From positions 71,766-135,765 of the forward strand of contig ADNK01002664.1 in NCBI GenBank assembly GCA_000320545.1: a stretch of 64,000 nt of DNA, in the 5' to 3' direction. Position numbers and translations under genes: made by a program. Below, piece after piece: positions 39,974 to 53,793 of the stretch (its first letter is position 1; each line of letters opens with the position of its first letter). The notes beneath the pieces are model-generated. The model did not search any database. It was given only the letters and a program-made list of their open reading frames with translations, and was not told the origin of the DNA. This stretch comes from Bigelowiella natans CCMP2755 (taxonomy: Eukaryota > Protista > Cercozoa).

Positions 39974-42900
39974 GTAGAATGTCTTTAGCTCGGCAGCGGC
40001 GTGAGTTGACAGCAGCCGCAACGAAGAGTATGGTACAGATGAGGGCAGCATTACTCAAACACAACCAACGAAATAGAGACGATTTGCTCCATAATCAAGA
40101 AGATGCCTTGAAAGCAGCACAAAAATCGGAAAAACTAGCAAGACAACACTATCAAGCTATAGCTAAGGAGGTAGTAGCGGGGACCAATAAACTTCGTAGT
40201 AGTGTAGTAGAACACCATGTCTACCATTAGGAATTAAGAGTGATGATTATCATTAATTATTATCACTTATTATGCGACTACTAACTTCTATTTCCTACGT
40301 ATAATGAAAAAAGGCCGAGGCTAGATCTGTTAAAGCTGAGGATGCGCTGAAAGAGCGATGTTTAGAGGTGAAAAGAAAGAATGAGCTGATAGAGAGGCTT
40401 CGCCAAGATATATTGGCTTTAAAGGAAGGCAAAGATAGGGTAGATGAGTTGTTACTGCATTCGATGAACTATTCTTCATCATCAAGACCATCACCATCAA
40501 CGCTCTCTAAGAAGGAAGAGGAGGACACGGCGGCACATTGTATCTCTCCATTTACTGATATCTATCAATATGATGCTGCTGCTGCTGCTGCTTTCGGAAA
40601 CAACCATGTTACTACTACGAGTAGTAGTCCTACTACTACACATATGAATAGACACCGTAGTACGTTTCAAAAGCAATCAGGAGAAACAAGAAGAAACAGG
40701 AGGAGGCCAAAATCTGGAACAAATGCTACTGGTCAGTCAATGAATGAAAAAACAAAATAGTAGTGCCAAAGTACTGCTGCTGAAATTCCAAAAAAAAGAA
40801 ATGCGATTTATATAACAAGGAAAATAGATAATACTCACGTGTATATGGGATTGGGAGAGGGGGATGCACCACATATAGGCATATATTTACCCTTTTCCTT
40901 CATGTTACGAAGAGTGTTTATGTTTGCAGTTTTTGTCCTTATGGGAGATAATTGCGTTCACCCACTTAAGAACATAATTTGGATTATTTTAACAGGTGAA
41001 GCAACAGCGGAATTACGAGCATCATCCTCATCAGTCCTGAGCTCTCCATTAGTGCAACCATCCCAACATTCCCAAACATACTTAACAGCAGCAGCAGCAG
41101 TAGTGCCGACATCGCCCATAAACAACAATAAGAGATCAAACGTGGCAGCGACCCATTCAAATTTCCAACAGCAAGCGGAGTTTCAGCAGCAGCAACAACA
41201 ACAACAGAATAATAATCGCAACAACAACAACAACAACAACCTATCTATGCTAATTAACAGTTCCACTAGTAGTCCCATATTTTTCAGTCCTGGTGACGAT
41301 GCCCCTCCCCCATTGGCCACCACCACCATTGATTTCGAATCATCTTATTATTCTCAAGACAATCCATTTATCTACGCTCCCAAACTGCCCACTCCAAAAA
41401 CAATAAATACACACCTCGAAGAAGAAGAAGAAAAAGAAGAAGCATTAGTCTCTGGGTCAATAAGGCGCGATGATGTTCGTGCAAATGATGCACGAAATAG
41501 GTTTAATGACGATGAAGATAGGAATGGCGAGGAGGCTGAAGAAGATGAAGACTGCCGTGTAGCAAGCAAAATGAGCAAGATTAGCCGATTTAGTAGTAAG
41601 GCTGTCATAGTCCCTCGTCATTCACCCTCATTTTTGAGTTACGATGATGAAAATAAGGAGGAGGAGGAGGAGGAGGAGGAGGAGGAGGAGGAAAAACATA
41701 GAGTAGTATCTGTGCTCGAAGGATGCTCGCAGCAGCAGCAGCAGCAACAGGAGGAACATCAGAGTCAAATTGAAACGAAAGAGGAGGAGGGGGGAAATGG
41801 TGAATTTAGTGGTAATAAGACCCTCTCCAAGATGAATAACACTACTGTGGAACATCCTCTCTCCTCTCCTCTCTCTGTAGGCTCCTCTCCCTCGGAGAAA
41901 AGGATGAGGAGGAGGAGGGGGGTTGGTGTTAAGTACATCTCTAAAACAGTAAAAACGACGATGAATACAGCGGAGATGGCAGCTGTGGCAAACACAGAAG
42001 ATACTAACAGAGAACTGTTATTTACCCCCATTGTGCTAGCTTCTAAAGTTGCTGATTCTGATGCTAAGATTGGTACTACTACTACCCATGGTGTTGGTAC
42101 TGCTACAACTACGACTACCACTACTTCTACAGCAAGGAGAAGGGAAGCAGTAACAGGAAGAAAGGGTGATGATGCTAACAATGCTGTCGCTCGTTACCCT
42201 GCTGCTACTACCACTAGTCGTCATTGTGTGCACCAGCAGCAGCATCGCCTCCGTCATCACTACAAGAACAACACAAGAAACAATGCAGGTAGTGGTTAAT
42301 TGCAATGCGGATCAAGAAAATGGCATTGGTTTGTATCAAATTCCTTTCCCTGTCTGTATTTTCAACGATGTTTCTCTATACTCCAGACAACAACACTGCC
42401 ATTGTTGTATGATATAATGCTAATGTATCAGAGCGGGACAATGCTACAAAGGAGACCACTCCAAAAGGCGAACTGCGGATGGAGGAAGAAGGAGGGACAG
42501 AAGAGAGAGGGCGGGGAGAGAAGGAGAGACAGAGTGGCCAGCAGCAGAGCCAGAACTGGAAAATGGACAAGACTCAGGAGAAAAAAAGTTATAAGAGGTA
42601 GTAATACTACTACTACTACTACTACTACTACAAATGCCACTACCACCACCACCAGCAGCAGTAAATAAACAACCAAAATTGATTATTGCCTCGCTTCTTA
42701 TCGGTGCTTTTATGATGCACTCAGTTCTTTTCTTCCTCTTCTTTATTTCGTGCAACATACATCTTATTATCGATTGATGATAATGCCTTGATAGTTAATT
42801 GATCAAAGCTTCTTCGATGTGTGCTGTCAAACAATATATTTTCAGTATAGAAGATCTAGAACCAGCAGCAGCCGACGACAACTTCTCCAATTCCTATCCA

Positions 42901-43066
42901 GATATCTCACCACCTCTAGTTGCTAAAAGTGTTGTCTCTGAAGGCGTTTTAGATAGAGGAGGAAGGGGAGGAGGAAGAGAAGACGGTATTTTAAATAAAG
43001 ACCATGCAACAATGGTTTACTAAAAATGCCCTTTAATCAAAGTCAATTTTTATTGAAAATGGACGC

Positions 43067-43155
<89 letters not shown>

Positions 43156-43947
43156 ATGCTACTGTAGGAGAACGGTCTAGGAATAGAAGGTCATCTTCAT
43201 TGAAATCGTCATCATCTTTCTCAAGGATAAGAAAGGCGACTATATTTCCGGATTCTCTAACGTTTCCTATTGTGCTGAATAAGCTGACACGAGTACAAAA
43301 ATCTTTTGATATAATCAACAACGCCAGAACTCGATACTTAGCTTTTAAGGTGATATTTTATTAACAGATATGTGGTGCTGTGTGACAATACAGCCATTGA
43401 TATTCAGCATTACTACACCAGCCGACAATTATGATAATGATTTAGGTCAAAACTAACGCATTAAATTCGCATCTTATTGATCCAAAAGTGGGTATTATAT
43501 CGGCTGGCTCCAGCGTGAAAGTCAACGTTGTAGTGCAGGTATAGTTTATGATATCTGGTTCAGTTATGATAACTGTAATCACAGCACACATATACTGTAC
43601 GTACACATCAACGAATGCCCGTATAAAGCAATATTGATAGTATAGTAGCAATATATTGTGTTTTCATTGTTATTTTAAGTTTCACCTTATATCATGTGTA
43701 TTGTCGTTACTACCTCCAGGGATCATTCACAAATCCAGTCTGCAACCACATAGTCCTTATAAGACTTGTTCACGCAAAAGAGGCAGATGTCAGACAATAT
43801 ACAATCCCAGAATTATTTCGGCATAAAAGTGCCCACGTTTCAGACAAGAAGATGAAGTGCTTTTGGTCTTTATCTCCCGCAGCAACACCGTCTACTGTTG
43901 CATCATCACCGTCACATGATGTAGACAAAGATGACATCAAGCACTAA
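35447..43947 (+). CDS. ~1,800-aa protein: small N-terminal alpha/beta domain, long disordered regions, central coiled coil, C-terminal MSP (VAP-type) domain
   Basis: About 18 exons join in consistent phase, given one 8-nt micro-exon. Coiled coil at 38836-40460. The C-terminus IFPDSLTF..SFDIINNARTRYLAFK|VKTNALNSHLIDPKVGIISAGSSVKVNVVVQ|..HIVLIRLV..ELF..DKKMKC matches the MSP domain pattern. Confidence 0.8.
37140..37228 (+). repeat. In-frame 45-nt coding tandem duplication (HNYQKRGDVHDNNDT x2)
   Basis: Two near-identical copies, differing at one internal base. Confidence 0.92.
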
Positions 43948-43949
43948 TG

Positions 43950-45092
43950 TGTTGCAGCCAACTGTGTAATGTGTTTTAACTTGCCACAGAGCAAAATGAT
44001 GGATGCCATGCTAGCATGTTGCAACATGCACAATGCTAGAATGTGGGTTCAACATTTCATGCACTTGTTGCTTCCGCTGAAATGTGAATAAAACATAGGC
44101 ATGTTTCAGTCATTGACCGTTAGTTTTGCTAGATTGCCACAATGGCATGATCATGTTTGTGTGCATCTAGATGTCGTCGTAGCAAGTGACAAATGCAGTG
44201 AACGTGATGAAACACACATGCATGTCTAGATGTGGCCAGATGGCGCTAGATGCTGATCACAGACGACACAGCAACATGATCATGATGTTTGTGTCCTTTG
44301 CCTCAATGTTTGCCTTCACATCATTTTGGAAATGCAGTCTAGCAGTTTGTCATCATCATTCTAGCATTGTTCATTGTTCATTGTTCATTGTCAACCAACA
44401 AGGCACTTCGCGATTTCCGCAGTGACCATTTGCATTTGTGCAACCTGGCAACCCAGCTAGCCAGCATCAACGTGACGGGGTGTCACCTGATTGCAAAACA
44501 ACCACACACTTTGCTTCAAAAATTCGATGCATTGACAATCATGAATGTCACTTTTCAAACAGCAACGAAGTGATCTCTGGGTGTTCCAGTGTTGCTGGTG
44601 TTGCGTGGTCATGACTCACCATCACAACCACGTCCTCTGGTCCTCAGTCGTGGAAAGCGACTCCACTTCGTTTCGTTGAACAAAAGTGCTGCGCACTCAA
44701 TGCAAATGCACATGGCAATTGCACGTTGTCAATGAACACGTTTGAAACAACTCTGACTGGCTGCTTCCATTCACTTGTTTCCGATGACAAAGTCGTGACC
44801 CACCCCACAGCACCACACAAACTGCTGCTGTTCTTGCTGAACGTTGACCCAACACAACCATGAATCAATGATCAATCGCCAACCAGAGGTGACTTTTGCC
44901 TCAACATTTGCTTTTTCCTCAATCAAACGCTTCAGACGGGGAATGTCGTTGTGTGAGTTGCCATGCACTGCTTCGAAGATGTTGGACATCGTTGTTTCAG
45001 CGATGGTGGTGGACGGCACCACAATGCGACAATTGGAACAGTTTCCATCATTTGAAACACAGAAATGCATTTCCTTGTCGCAGAACCAAATT
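43950..45092. other. TpA-depleted intergenic island 3 (contains the ankyrin pseudogene)
   Basis: Between 44182 and 45092 I count five TA, all inside CTAG; 44461-45092 has none. Confidence 0.92.
44394..44989 (-). pseudogene. Spliced ankyrin-repeat gene relic
   Basis: MSNIFEAVHGNSHNDIPRLKRLIEEKANVEAK, then a cag|...|gtgagt exon, then cag|GDTPS..(stop/frameshift)..NGH..EIAKCLV. This matches the ANK consensus GxTPLH.A...GH.eiv..Ll..gAdvn. Confidence 0.72.
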
Positions 45093-45635
45093 TATCGACG
45101 ATTTTTCTAAACGTTTTTTTCCTGATACACCTGCCCCGAGCGCCCACAAGCATTCGTGGTTCATTGCGAAATTTCCATTGGATTCAAATTCGGCCGAATG
45201 AATGCTCGGCTCAATGGGAGGCAGAAGAATTTGTACGAACTCGTGAGATTCTCAGAAGCACCAAAATTGTCCCACAAAAAAAAAGCCAAACAGAGTCTGC
45301 AAAACACATGAGACGCACCATTTTCCTTGACGCACCTGATGAGACGGAGATAGCGACATTCGGCATAGCGGCCGTCGTGCTCTCCTGGTTGCATTGAAGT
45401 GACTGGAAGCACACAGAGAAGATAGAACAAAAGAAGGCACTGACAGACGCTACAACAAAAGAAGCCTCGACTGTGCCAAAAGTTGTGCAGGTCAAGCTCT
45501 TCCTCGTAAAGAACTCGTAAAAAGGCGTGTACACATCAGTATCTGCTGCACACCGGTCCTGCTGTTTGAGCTTCTCACAACTACCAAATCGAATGAGTAG
45601 ACAAGGGAGGAGCAGATCTCTGATATATACTATCA

Positions 45636-47876
45636 ATGCCTAACAAAACATGGTCACATCATTTTGTGATTACCTTCTTGACGGTAGCTGCTTTGATGTC
45701 GCAATACCATAATTTGGAGGAACAACCTGCTGCTAGGAATGTGACGACGTATTCATCCCATCTCTCCTCTTCGGTTGAATGCAAACACCAGCGAAGTAGA
45801 CACAGTCTAGGAAATCTTCACGAAAGGGTTTCTACTGCACATACTGCAGCGACATCATCACCCGAAGCATCATTTAGACAACAACACCACATGTTGAAGA
45901 AAGATAGAAAAAGGGGGAAAAAGAAAAAGAGGAAGAAAAAGAAACGTGTATCACAGAAGAGGAAGGCATACAGATCAGACAAACTTCATTCTCAACAGGA
46001 ACAGGAACAGCAACAGCATCAACGAATGAGACTGCACCGGATTGAACAGGGCAAAGTATGTAACAATGAAGATGATTCTTGCAAAGATTACTCCTTCGGA
46101 GAGGCAAATGAGTTGCTGTTACCCAAACTAGATCATGATGATGATGATGATGATGAGAGGTTAATTGAGACTGAAGCAGAAGAAAATGCTTTTGGCGGTG
46201 GTGACAAGTTCCGAGGATTACCTCCTCCTCCTCCTACATTAGGAAGACTGAAGCAGATGCTGGATATAGAGGAGGCCGTTAACTTCTCCCAAATAGATGA
46301 CGATGACGACGACGATGACGACGACAATGACGATGACCACGACTCATCCAATTACTCAAAGCATTATAAAACAGATGCCACAAAAATATTTGGCAGTGAG
46401 AAACAGATGGCTACAAAAGCGATGAAGAGTGGTATGCCTACTCCTACGACAAATCTACTACTATCTGATATCGGTGTGCAAGGAAGGCCACCCGTTGCTC
46501 ATCCTCCTCCTCCTTTTCGTTTTGCTCCTCAATTTCTTGAAAGCAGTACTACTGCTTTCCAAGAGGATGATATGGTGATTAACGTAAAAGATCTCGAGGG
46601 GCTATTGTTTCCCGAACATGACAATATGACGCTGAATGATAGACAAATATTAGCACGGCAGCTGATGGGAGGATTAGGAGGAGGAGGAGGAGATATTGAT
46701 AAGGCCCACCTTAACAAGCTTCAAATGGTAAGAAATAAGATGCACTTCTACTCACTACCCTCACTAATTCGTATTGTGTGTTATTATTATTATCGACGTA
46801 TCCGTGGAAGATATTTGTGACAACCAAATTGAAGTGAATCCCTTCATGCAGTGATGAGAGTACTAAGGATATTAAACATGTTCTTTCTCCTTATTTTTTA
46901 CTGCTACGAGTGCACCAAGGTTATGATTAAAGAGTATTATACGAATGATTCTGTCGTATTATGCGGTATTAAATGTGAATGTAGGAAAGTATGCAAAGTC
47001 TCATGAAACTTTCCAAAACCATCATTAATGCAACATTTCAAGGTAGAAGAACTTCGCTAATTTGAGAATTATTTGCCACCATAATCTTCATCATCGTCGT
47101 TGTTGTCATCATAATCATTGTTATGACGATTATTAAAAACCTGCAGGCTGGCATCAATGGCACAACACATCAAAAAAGGTAGTAGAAGATGGAACTTATT
47201 TTGTAGAAGAACAAACCACCATCTTTTATGCATATACATTTACATATGCAACTTATATTTTAATCCTTCACGCAATACATTCTGAAATTGCTTTTTTTCA
47301 TACGATTAATATTATCATTCTTAGTTTGAAAAGAATTTAATCCGGAAAATGATGGCAAATTGGGGCGACGTTGGTTGTAACGGTTTGTTGACTCTTCTTC
47401 TTCTTCAGTGTTATCATCTATCATACTTCCAATCGATTCATTTTGACTTATTCAGTGTTATCTATCATCATATCTCCAATTGATTTATTTTGTCTTAATA
47501 CTCTCCCAAAGCACTCAGCCTTTCAAATTCTACTGCATCATCATCATCATCATCATCGTTACCATTTCCAACGAGAAACCAAACGTTGCATACTCTCAAA
47601 GTACTGCTGCATCATCAAGTGTAGTAGAACATTATTAGAAGAAATAGCTATAGCCAAGGCACTAATAGCAAAAGTAGTAATTTGGAGGCCTAGATTAAAT
47701 GATATTATATTTTTAAAATATATTAGAAATGAGGATGTGTACATAATTTAAATACGAAAACCATCTTCGTGATGAGATTAGACTTGGTTGTTGTTACATA
47801 CACACCTGCATTGATAGCACAAGTATAATACACCATTAGAGTACAGTTAGAAATGTAGCTTGTGGATTGGTAATAA

Positions 47877-47910
<34 letters not shown>

Positions 47911-48769
47911 GTCACACCTATTTATAATTAATTATCTTTGTCGTACTACAACTTCTACGTGTAGGAGTTATTGCAACAGCAAAAACACAATCAAGTAGCA
48001 TTTGAGGAATTCAGCGAGTTGTTCACTAACTTCTAGTAGAAGTAGTAGAGAAGTAGAACCAACAACGTTGTAGTTGCCTAATTTCTCTCTCTTTCTTCAT
48101 TTGTGTTGATTCTGAAATTTAGAAACAACGCACATAACATATACGAATTTGTACACAATATGGCTGCTACACATATAGAAATATCCCTAAATGCCTTACT
48201 TTACGGTAACTTCTATCTACTTTTACTACAGAACATTTAAAATGTATTGTGCCGATATTGAAAGCTTTCTCGAAATGGAGGTGATTTATTTATATCATGA
48301 CTGTGACACAATGTATGCGCTCATTCATCATAACGATGCTAGCTTATAATGCTGCCGATAAAAATTATAAAATGATGTTATTAAGATTTGAGACATATAT
48401 GGTGTAAGATAAATCATATGTAAAAGCCTTAATAGCCCTTACATAGTGCGTGGGTAGATATAGTAATCACAATGCATTATGATGAATCATTATTCATGGA
48501 GAATGCCAACATGACAACAAGTTCTCCAAGTAACTATGAATTTGAATTTCTAATAATAAACAGGATGGCGTTGGATCTCTCAATGCATCATCTTATTCAT
48601 CATCTGCACTAGAATTACATAGCAGAGAAAGACGACCGATGATGGCCATATCCACCAAGAATAACGACAAAGTTAGGGACAAGACAGCAGCAGCAGCAGC
48701 AGCAGGATCCTCATTAGAAGAGTGGTGGAACCAGAATATCGAAGATGAGGTAGTAGTAGCAGTAGTAGT

Positions 48770-48804
<35 letters not shown>

Positions 48805-48926
48805 CGTGCGAAGATTCTATTTAATTGGTTCATTTCCTCTTCAATTTCTGATTTAACATGAGATATTGATCTTATTCCTTCCTCTCCCTCCTTGTCTCCT
48901 ACTGCCTTTTTTTGCCTCTTTTTCTT

Positions 48927-48959
<33 letters not shown>

Positions 48960-49245
48960 TTCGTTTTGTTCCAGATTCATCAGCCAGAAATGCATATAAT
49001 CAAGCCAAAAGAAATTAGGGTATACTGCTGCTACTGCTACTAGTAGTATTACTACATCTAATTCTAGTGCTACCACTACTACTATATCTAACAGATTATA
49101 CTATCTTCATTCTCTGCATCTTCCATCATATGTTAGGAATTGGCTCGGTTGAAACGGTAGCAATAAATGACTAATCAATGATTCGCAGAACATACGATAA
49201 GTGACAATAATATATAGATATTGTTCCGTAGTATCCTACTACTAT

Positions 49246-49277
<32 letters not shown>

Positions 49278-49855
49278 TCTTCACAGAAGATAATAGCTTA
49301 TCAATATCTATCTAACCATCTAATCTGTTTAATAAATTTATGTTTAATTTTGACAAATATGCTTTGCACTTTGTTTTTTTCTCTTTAAGATATATATTTA
49401 TTAATGAAGGCTGATATTCTACTTCGACTACAGATCGTTGCCTTTAGGCCCTCAATCTGATGACACACGGTGCTAATGCTGTAATGGCTATTTATAATAT
49501 GATGACAACAAAAATGAGGACCATAGTCAGTCAGCCATGATAATAATAATGATGATAATAATAATAACAATAATGCCTATACGATAGTAGTAGTAGTAGT
49601 AGTTGTTGTTGTTGTTGTTGCTGTAGTAGTAATAGTAGTAGTAGGATATCTGACGATGCTTAATATCATGATGATGATGATGATGACAATGATGATATTG
49701 TTGGTGAGGGGGGTTTATAGAGATACGGATATGATACGGCACATTGGACCATATATAACAACAACTAATATATATCAGAAATGCTATAAGGACCTTGACT
49801 GATGACCTTTATAATCAAGTGAAAAGCAACAACAGTGTCACAGAGAAAATAATAT

Positions 49856-49888
<33 letters not shown>

Positions 49889-50573
49889 GAATGATGATGA
49901 GGATGTTCAAGTTTATAATAAGATATTTTTGTTCCAAACATTACTTCAATTAGTACGATAATCTTTTGTCTTCTCTTTCAATTTTTCCTCCTCTTCCTTA
50001 TCATCCTCCTCCTCTTTCTCTTGGTTCTTCTCCGAAGAACTACAATGTATTATTAGAGCTTCTCCTTGCTGTCTTAACCAATATTATTCTTTTTCTCCTT
50101 CTTTCTTCTTGAAGGTGAAGCATATAGAGCAGAGGAATCTTTCTGTAAATCCGGAGATCCTGATGTCCCTGAACATGTATGTTGTTGCTGTTGTTGTTAT
50201 TGTTCTGATACAACAGTAAATGGTGTTCCCATTGTAATGGATATTAACCATACAAATTGGGAGATGATGATACCACCCTACACATTATAAGTCTTACTGC
50301 CAAAAGTTACCTCCACAAAATACTTAGTTTAGTCGAATGGTTTGCCTGTAATATGATAAGAACACTTCCTGATCTCTAAAAGCAAACAATAAATCTGCCG
50401 GATTTCTTCTTCTTCTTGGTCTTCTCCCAGGTTAGATAAACGATTGCCTCTTAACTATTCTGGAATCCAAGGAATGGAGAACATCGATGATAAAATGGTA
50501 TTATTGCTACACTGCTATATTGCTCGGTTCGATCGTGTATTCTTGCCTTCAACGATACTGTATAATATCTAAT

Positions 50574-50615
<42 letters not shown>

Positions 50616-50868
50616 ACCAAGAAGTTTCAAAGTAGCATGTTGACACATGGTTTTTATAAGATCAATGCTTGGGAAAAAGAGGAGGCTTTATTGAAAAGAA
50701 TGGACGAAGAAGAGCTGGTATTTATATTAACTAACTTGAGATAATAAATTGATCGACTAATTTGCTCTTTATTACTCCGGGCAATCGGCGGTTTAGGTTA
50801 ATGCTTACGGTGGTGGAGGTGAGCAAGAAGGCTCACTGGACAACGACGTGATCACATATTTTAAATGA
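45636..50868 (+). CDS. Hypothetical protein with an N-terminal hydrophobic segment and a helical C-terminal region, ~15 exons
   Basis: A long first exon, then phase-consistent GT-AG exons: ESMQSLMKLSK, FEKNLIRKMMANWGD, ELLQQQKHNQVAFEEFS, TFKMYCADIESFLEME, SLEEWWNQNIEDE, LDKRLPLNYSG, INAWEKEEALLKRMDEEEL|VNAYGGGG...TYFK*. No family recognised. Confidence 0.72.
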
Positions 50869-51029
50869 TACTGAGTATTGTTTAATTGGTGGGCTGCACA
50901 TTAAAGTCAAAAGGGTGCAATGTGTAGTAGTAGTATCACGAGATTCAACTCACCACTGTGCAGTACTATTGCGATTTCGCTGTTAGCAACGATCCCAGCC
51001 ATATGCTTGTTTATAATCGATGCAAACAG

Positions 51030-51990
51030 CCGGTACATTTTGCATGCCTGGACCCATGACTAGCGTGATGAGCAGGTAGAGCGAAATCTGCCGTGCGAGA
51101 ACATTCAGATGCATGATGTTCCTCCTCCTTCTCATCTAATTGTGTGACGCAATTGAGCGTGTGAGCTGCATTTGCATGCCGCTATGCCATCATCTTGCAC
51201 ATGCTAGCATGTTGCATGTGTTTTCCAACTGACTTCGATGTGTCGCAAGTCAACATTTTTGATTTTTTCGATTCCACCTTCAAATCGAGCAACAAACAGC
51301 GCAGCGTCAAAACAGGCATTTTTGGCAATTGCTTCATCGTGGGTTTTCGAATTTTGACACCCTTACAACGGTTGTGTTCAGGTTGCATGCTAGCATGCTG
51401 CCTTTGTTCGTTGCCTTGTCACAAGTTTGTATGCAATGCTTGGCAATTTTGATTTGACACCAGTGACACGAGAGAATGGAAGGAAACCAAGATGTTTCAG
51501 CTGCACGCAACTCTTGTCAAGTCCTTGGACCATTTTTCTTCAAAATCAGACAAGGCAGCAGTTTCAATTCTTTCATGGTGATTTTCGAGATCTTTCTCAT
51601 GTTGTTGTGTCCACAGTGAAATCCAATCTTTGGCCAATGAATTGGGCCACCATGCTAGCTAGCTAGCATGCCTTCCAAAAGGTTCAAAAAACGATTTTTC
51701 GTCGGTGACATACACACAAAAAGGTGTAGAAGTCTTTCGTAGAACTCAATTCACATTTGGCGCCACGGCTTAGCATGAGCTACGATACAAGCTGCAAGAT
51801 GCTGCTGGACACCCAGACCCAGTCTGATATACTGACCAATTTTTATATTTTGACTATGTGACCAGCAGGTGTGCGTGCTGTTTTTGCAGTGTTCTAGCAT
51901 TGTTGTCTGTCATCATTATTACCGCTGCACAGCATGTGACAGGCTTAGCAGACTTAGCGTATATGCACGTGCAAACAATGCGCTGTGGGA
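51030..51990. other. TpA-depleted intergenic island 4, between convergent genes
   Basis: About 4 non-CTAG TA in 51090-51705, plus three CATGCTAG-centred palindromes. Confidence 0.85.
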
Positions 51991-52422
51991 TGACCATTGA
52001 AAAAATTTAAACATTTCATTACACCCGTCTTGCAATCCGCTGTGTAGGCATGTGATGTATCATACACAATATAATAACGCTAGCGCGTATTAATTGTACC
52101 CCATGTGATAATACGTGATAATAACCCTACAATACTCAAATCGGCACATCATCACATAATCAACAAATCTATGGCGTTCTAAATCAACATTGCATGCACA
52201 CATTTGGATGGGGTGTGCTTCTGTATGCTATTTTCCCACATCATTTCGCCATATCAGTTGCCGCAACTGGCTTTCATCAATACTCCTTCTCATTCGGTTT
52301 TTGACATTATGTGATGACTATTCTACAAGGCTCTACTGCTGCTGCTGCTGCTGCTGCTGCTAATGGTAGACGCCTGTTTGTCATTACGTCCACATTCTTC
52401 CTCTTGCTATTTCCTGATCCAA

Positions 52423-52476
52423 TCATCGATCACTTGCTCGCTTTGTTCGGCTACGGGTCTTACCCATACCTAAAGA

Positions 52477-52515
<39 letters not shown>

Positions 52516-53793
52516 CACAATCTCCCATTCATCATCATCATCAATATCCATCTCCCCTATCATCATCCCGTCATACGATTATCCCGTCATACTACGATTA
52601 CATTTTTCCAAATGCGGAGCAAACTTTACTGATGTCACGGGACGCTAACCGACAATAAGGAGGAGGACATTAAGCACAAAGAAAGATGAATATGCAGATA
52701 CGACGACGGAGAGAGAGTCATCATTATCATCAACATCAGCATCATCATCATCATCATCATCCGCAACACTGAATCATATCATCATCTCCCCTTTCTTTTT
52801 TGTCTAAATTACCACCTGGCAATGATGACATTTAAAATGTTCTGATATGTTTTTTGGGTAGTTCCCGTAGATATCGGTGCGGGGTCGGTCTTTTAGTGAT
52901 TATGTATACTTAAGAATAAACTTGACATAATGGAAATGGTAATGATGATAAAATTGCAAGAGCACAAGCTTGAGGAACTAATGATAAAAATTATAATAAT
53001 AGTAATAATAATAATAATGGCGGTGATGAGGGGTCTGGCTTAAAAGGGCCATCATCGATTTTTCCAAATTATATATTACACTTGATGAATTTGTTGAGAT
53101 AATGCCGCTTATGTGCATCAAAGCACACGTCCAAACACACCACCTCCACCAAAGAGTCAAAAACCTACGCAACAAAATGCTTCTAAAAACGAGGTCCGAA
53201 ATTAAGACGACGCCTTCCTTCCCTCCCCTCCACCAATAATTCCTTGATGAAGTAGTAGTAGTTGTTGTAGTAGTAGTAGTTGTAGTAGTAGTAGTAGAAG
53301 CCAAACCAAGAGAAGAAGGAAGGGTTTGCATAGCGCAAAACAACGACGACAAGCAAAATGCAGACAATAACATCGGCTTATGATGACAATGATAAAATCG
53401 TAGTAGTAGTAGTAGTAGTAGTAGTAGTACCAAATCCAACATGCGGTTGGTTGAAATTCTTTTGTCCCTTTGATCCTCATCAGCAGTAGTAGTAGTAGTA
53501 GTAGTAGTAGTAGCATTTGCGCTCTCATCCATAGCTACTACTACTACTTCTTCGTCATTATCATCACCCTTTTTACTATCATCCTTGTTATCACTAGCAC
53601 CATTATTATTCACTTCGCATTTCATGTCTTCCTCCGACGATTTAACTATCACATCTACCCGGTTGGTACTGTTATTTTCCTTGCTGTTGGCGTCTCTATT
53701 CACCAACTCCTTTTTCACTAAGTTTCCTGACAAATTAATTTCTTTCTTTTTCTCATCGTGATTTTTGTTAGGTACAATCGTCTCAACGTCCAT
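52423..53793 (-). CDS. SGF11: SAGA deubiquitination module subunit Sgf11 / ATXN7L3
   Basis: Spliced: ...RMLDL|VFDSLVEVVCLDVCFDAHKRH..|RPRTDIYGNYPKNISEHFKCHHCQ|RPVTSVKFAPHLEKC|MGKTRSRTKRASDR*. This gives the Sgf11 N-helix, the DI(F/Y)G motif and the CxxC..FAPHLEKC zinc finger. Confidence 0.92.

Noticed and set aside
44182-45092. CpG methylation decay or classical RIP as the cause of the TG/CA excess
   Set aside because: CpG remains common and TpA is lost rather than gained.
49385-50860. Minus-strand gene suggested by short ORFs
   Set aside because: Plus-strand exons splice in phase as the 3' part of the 45636 gene.
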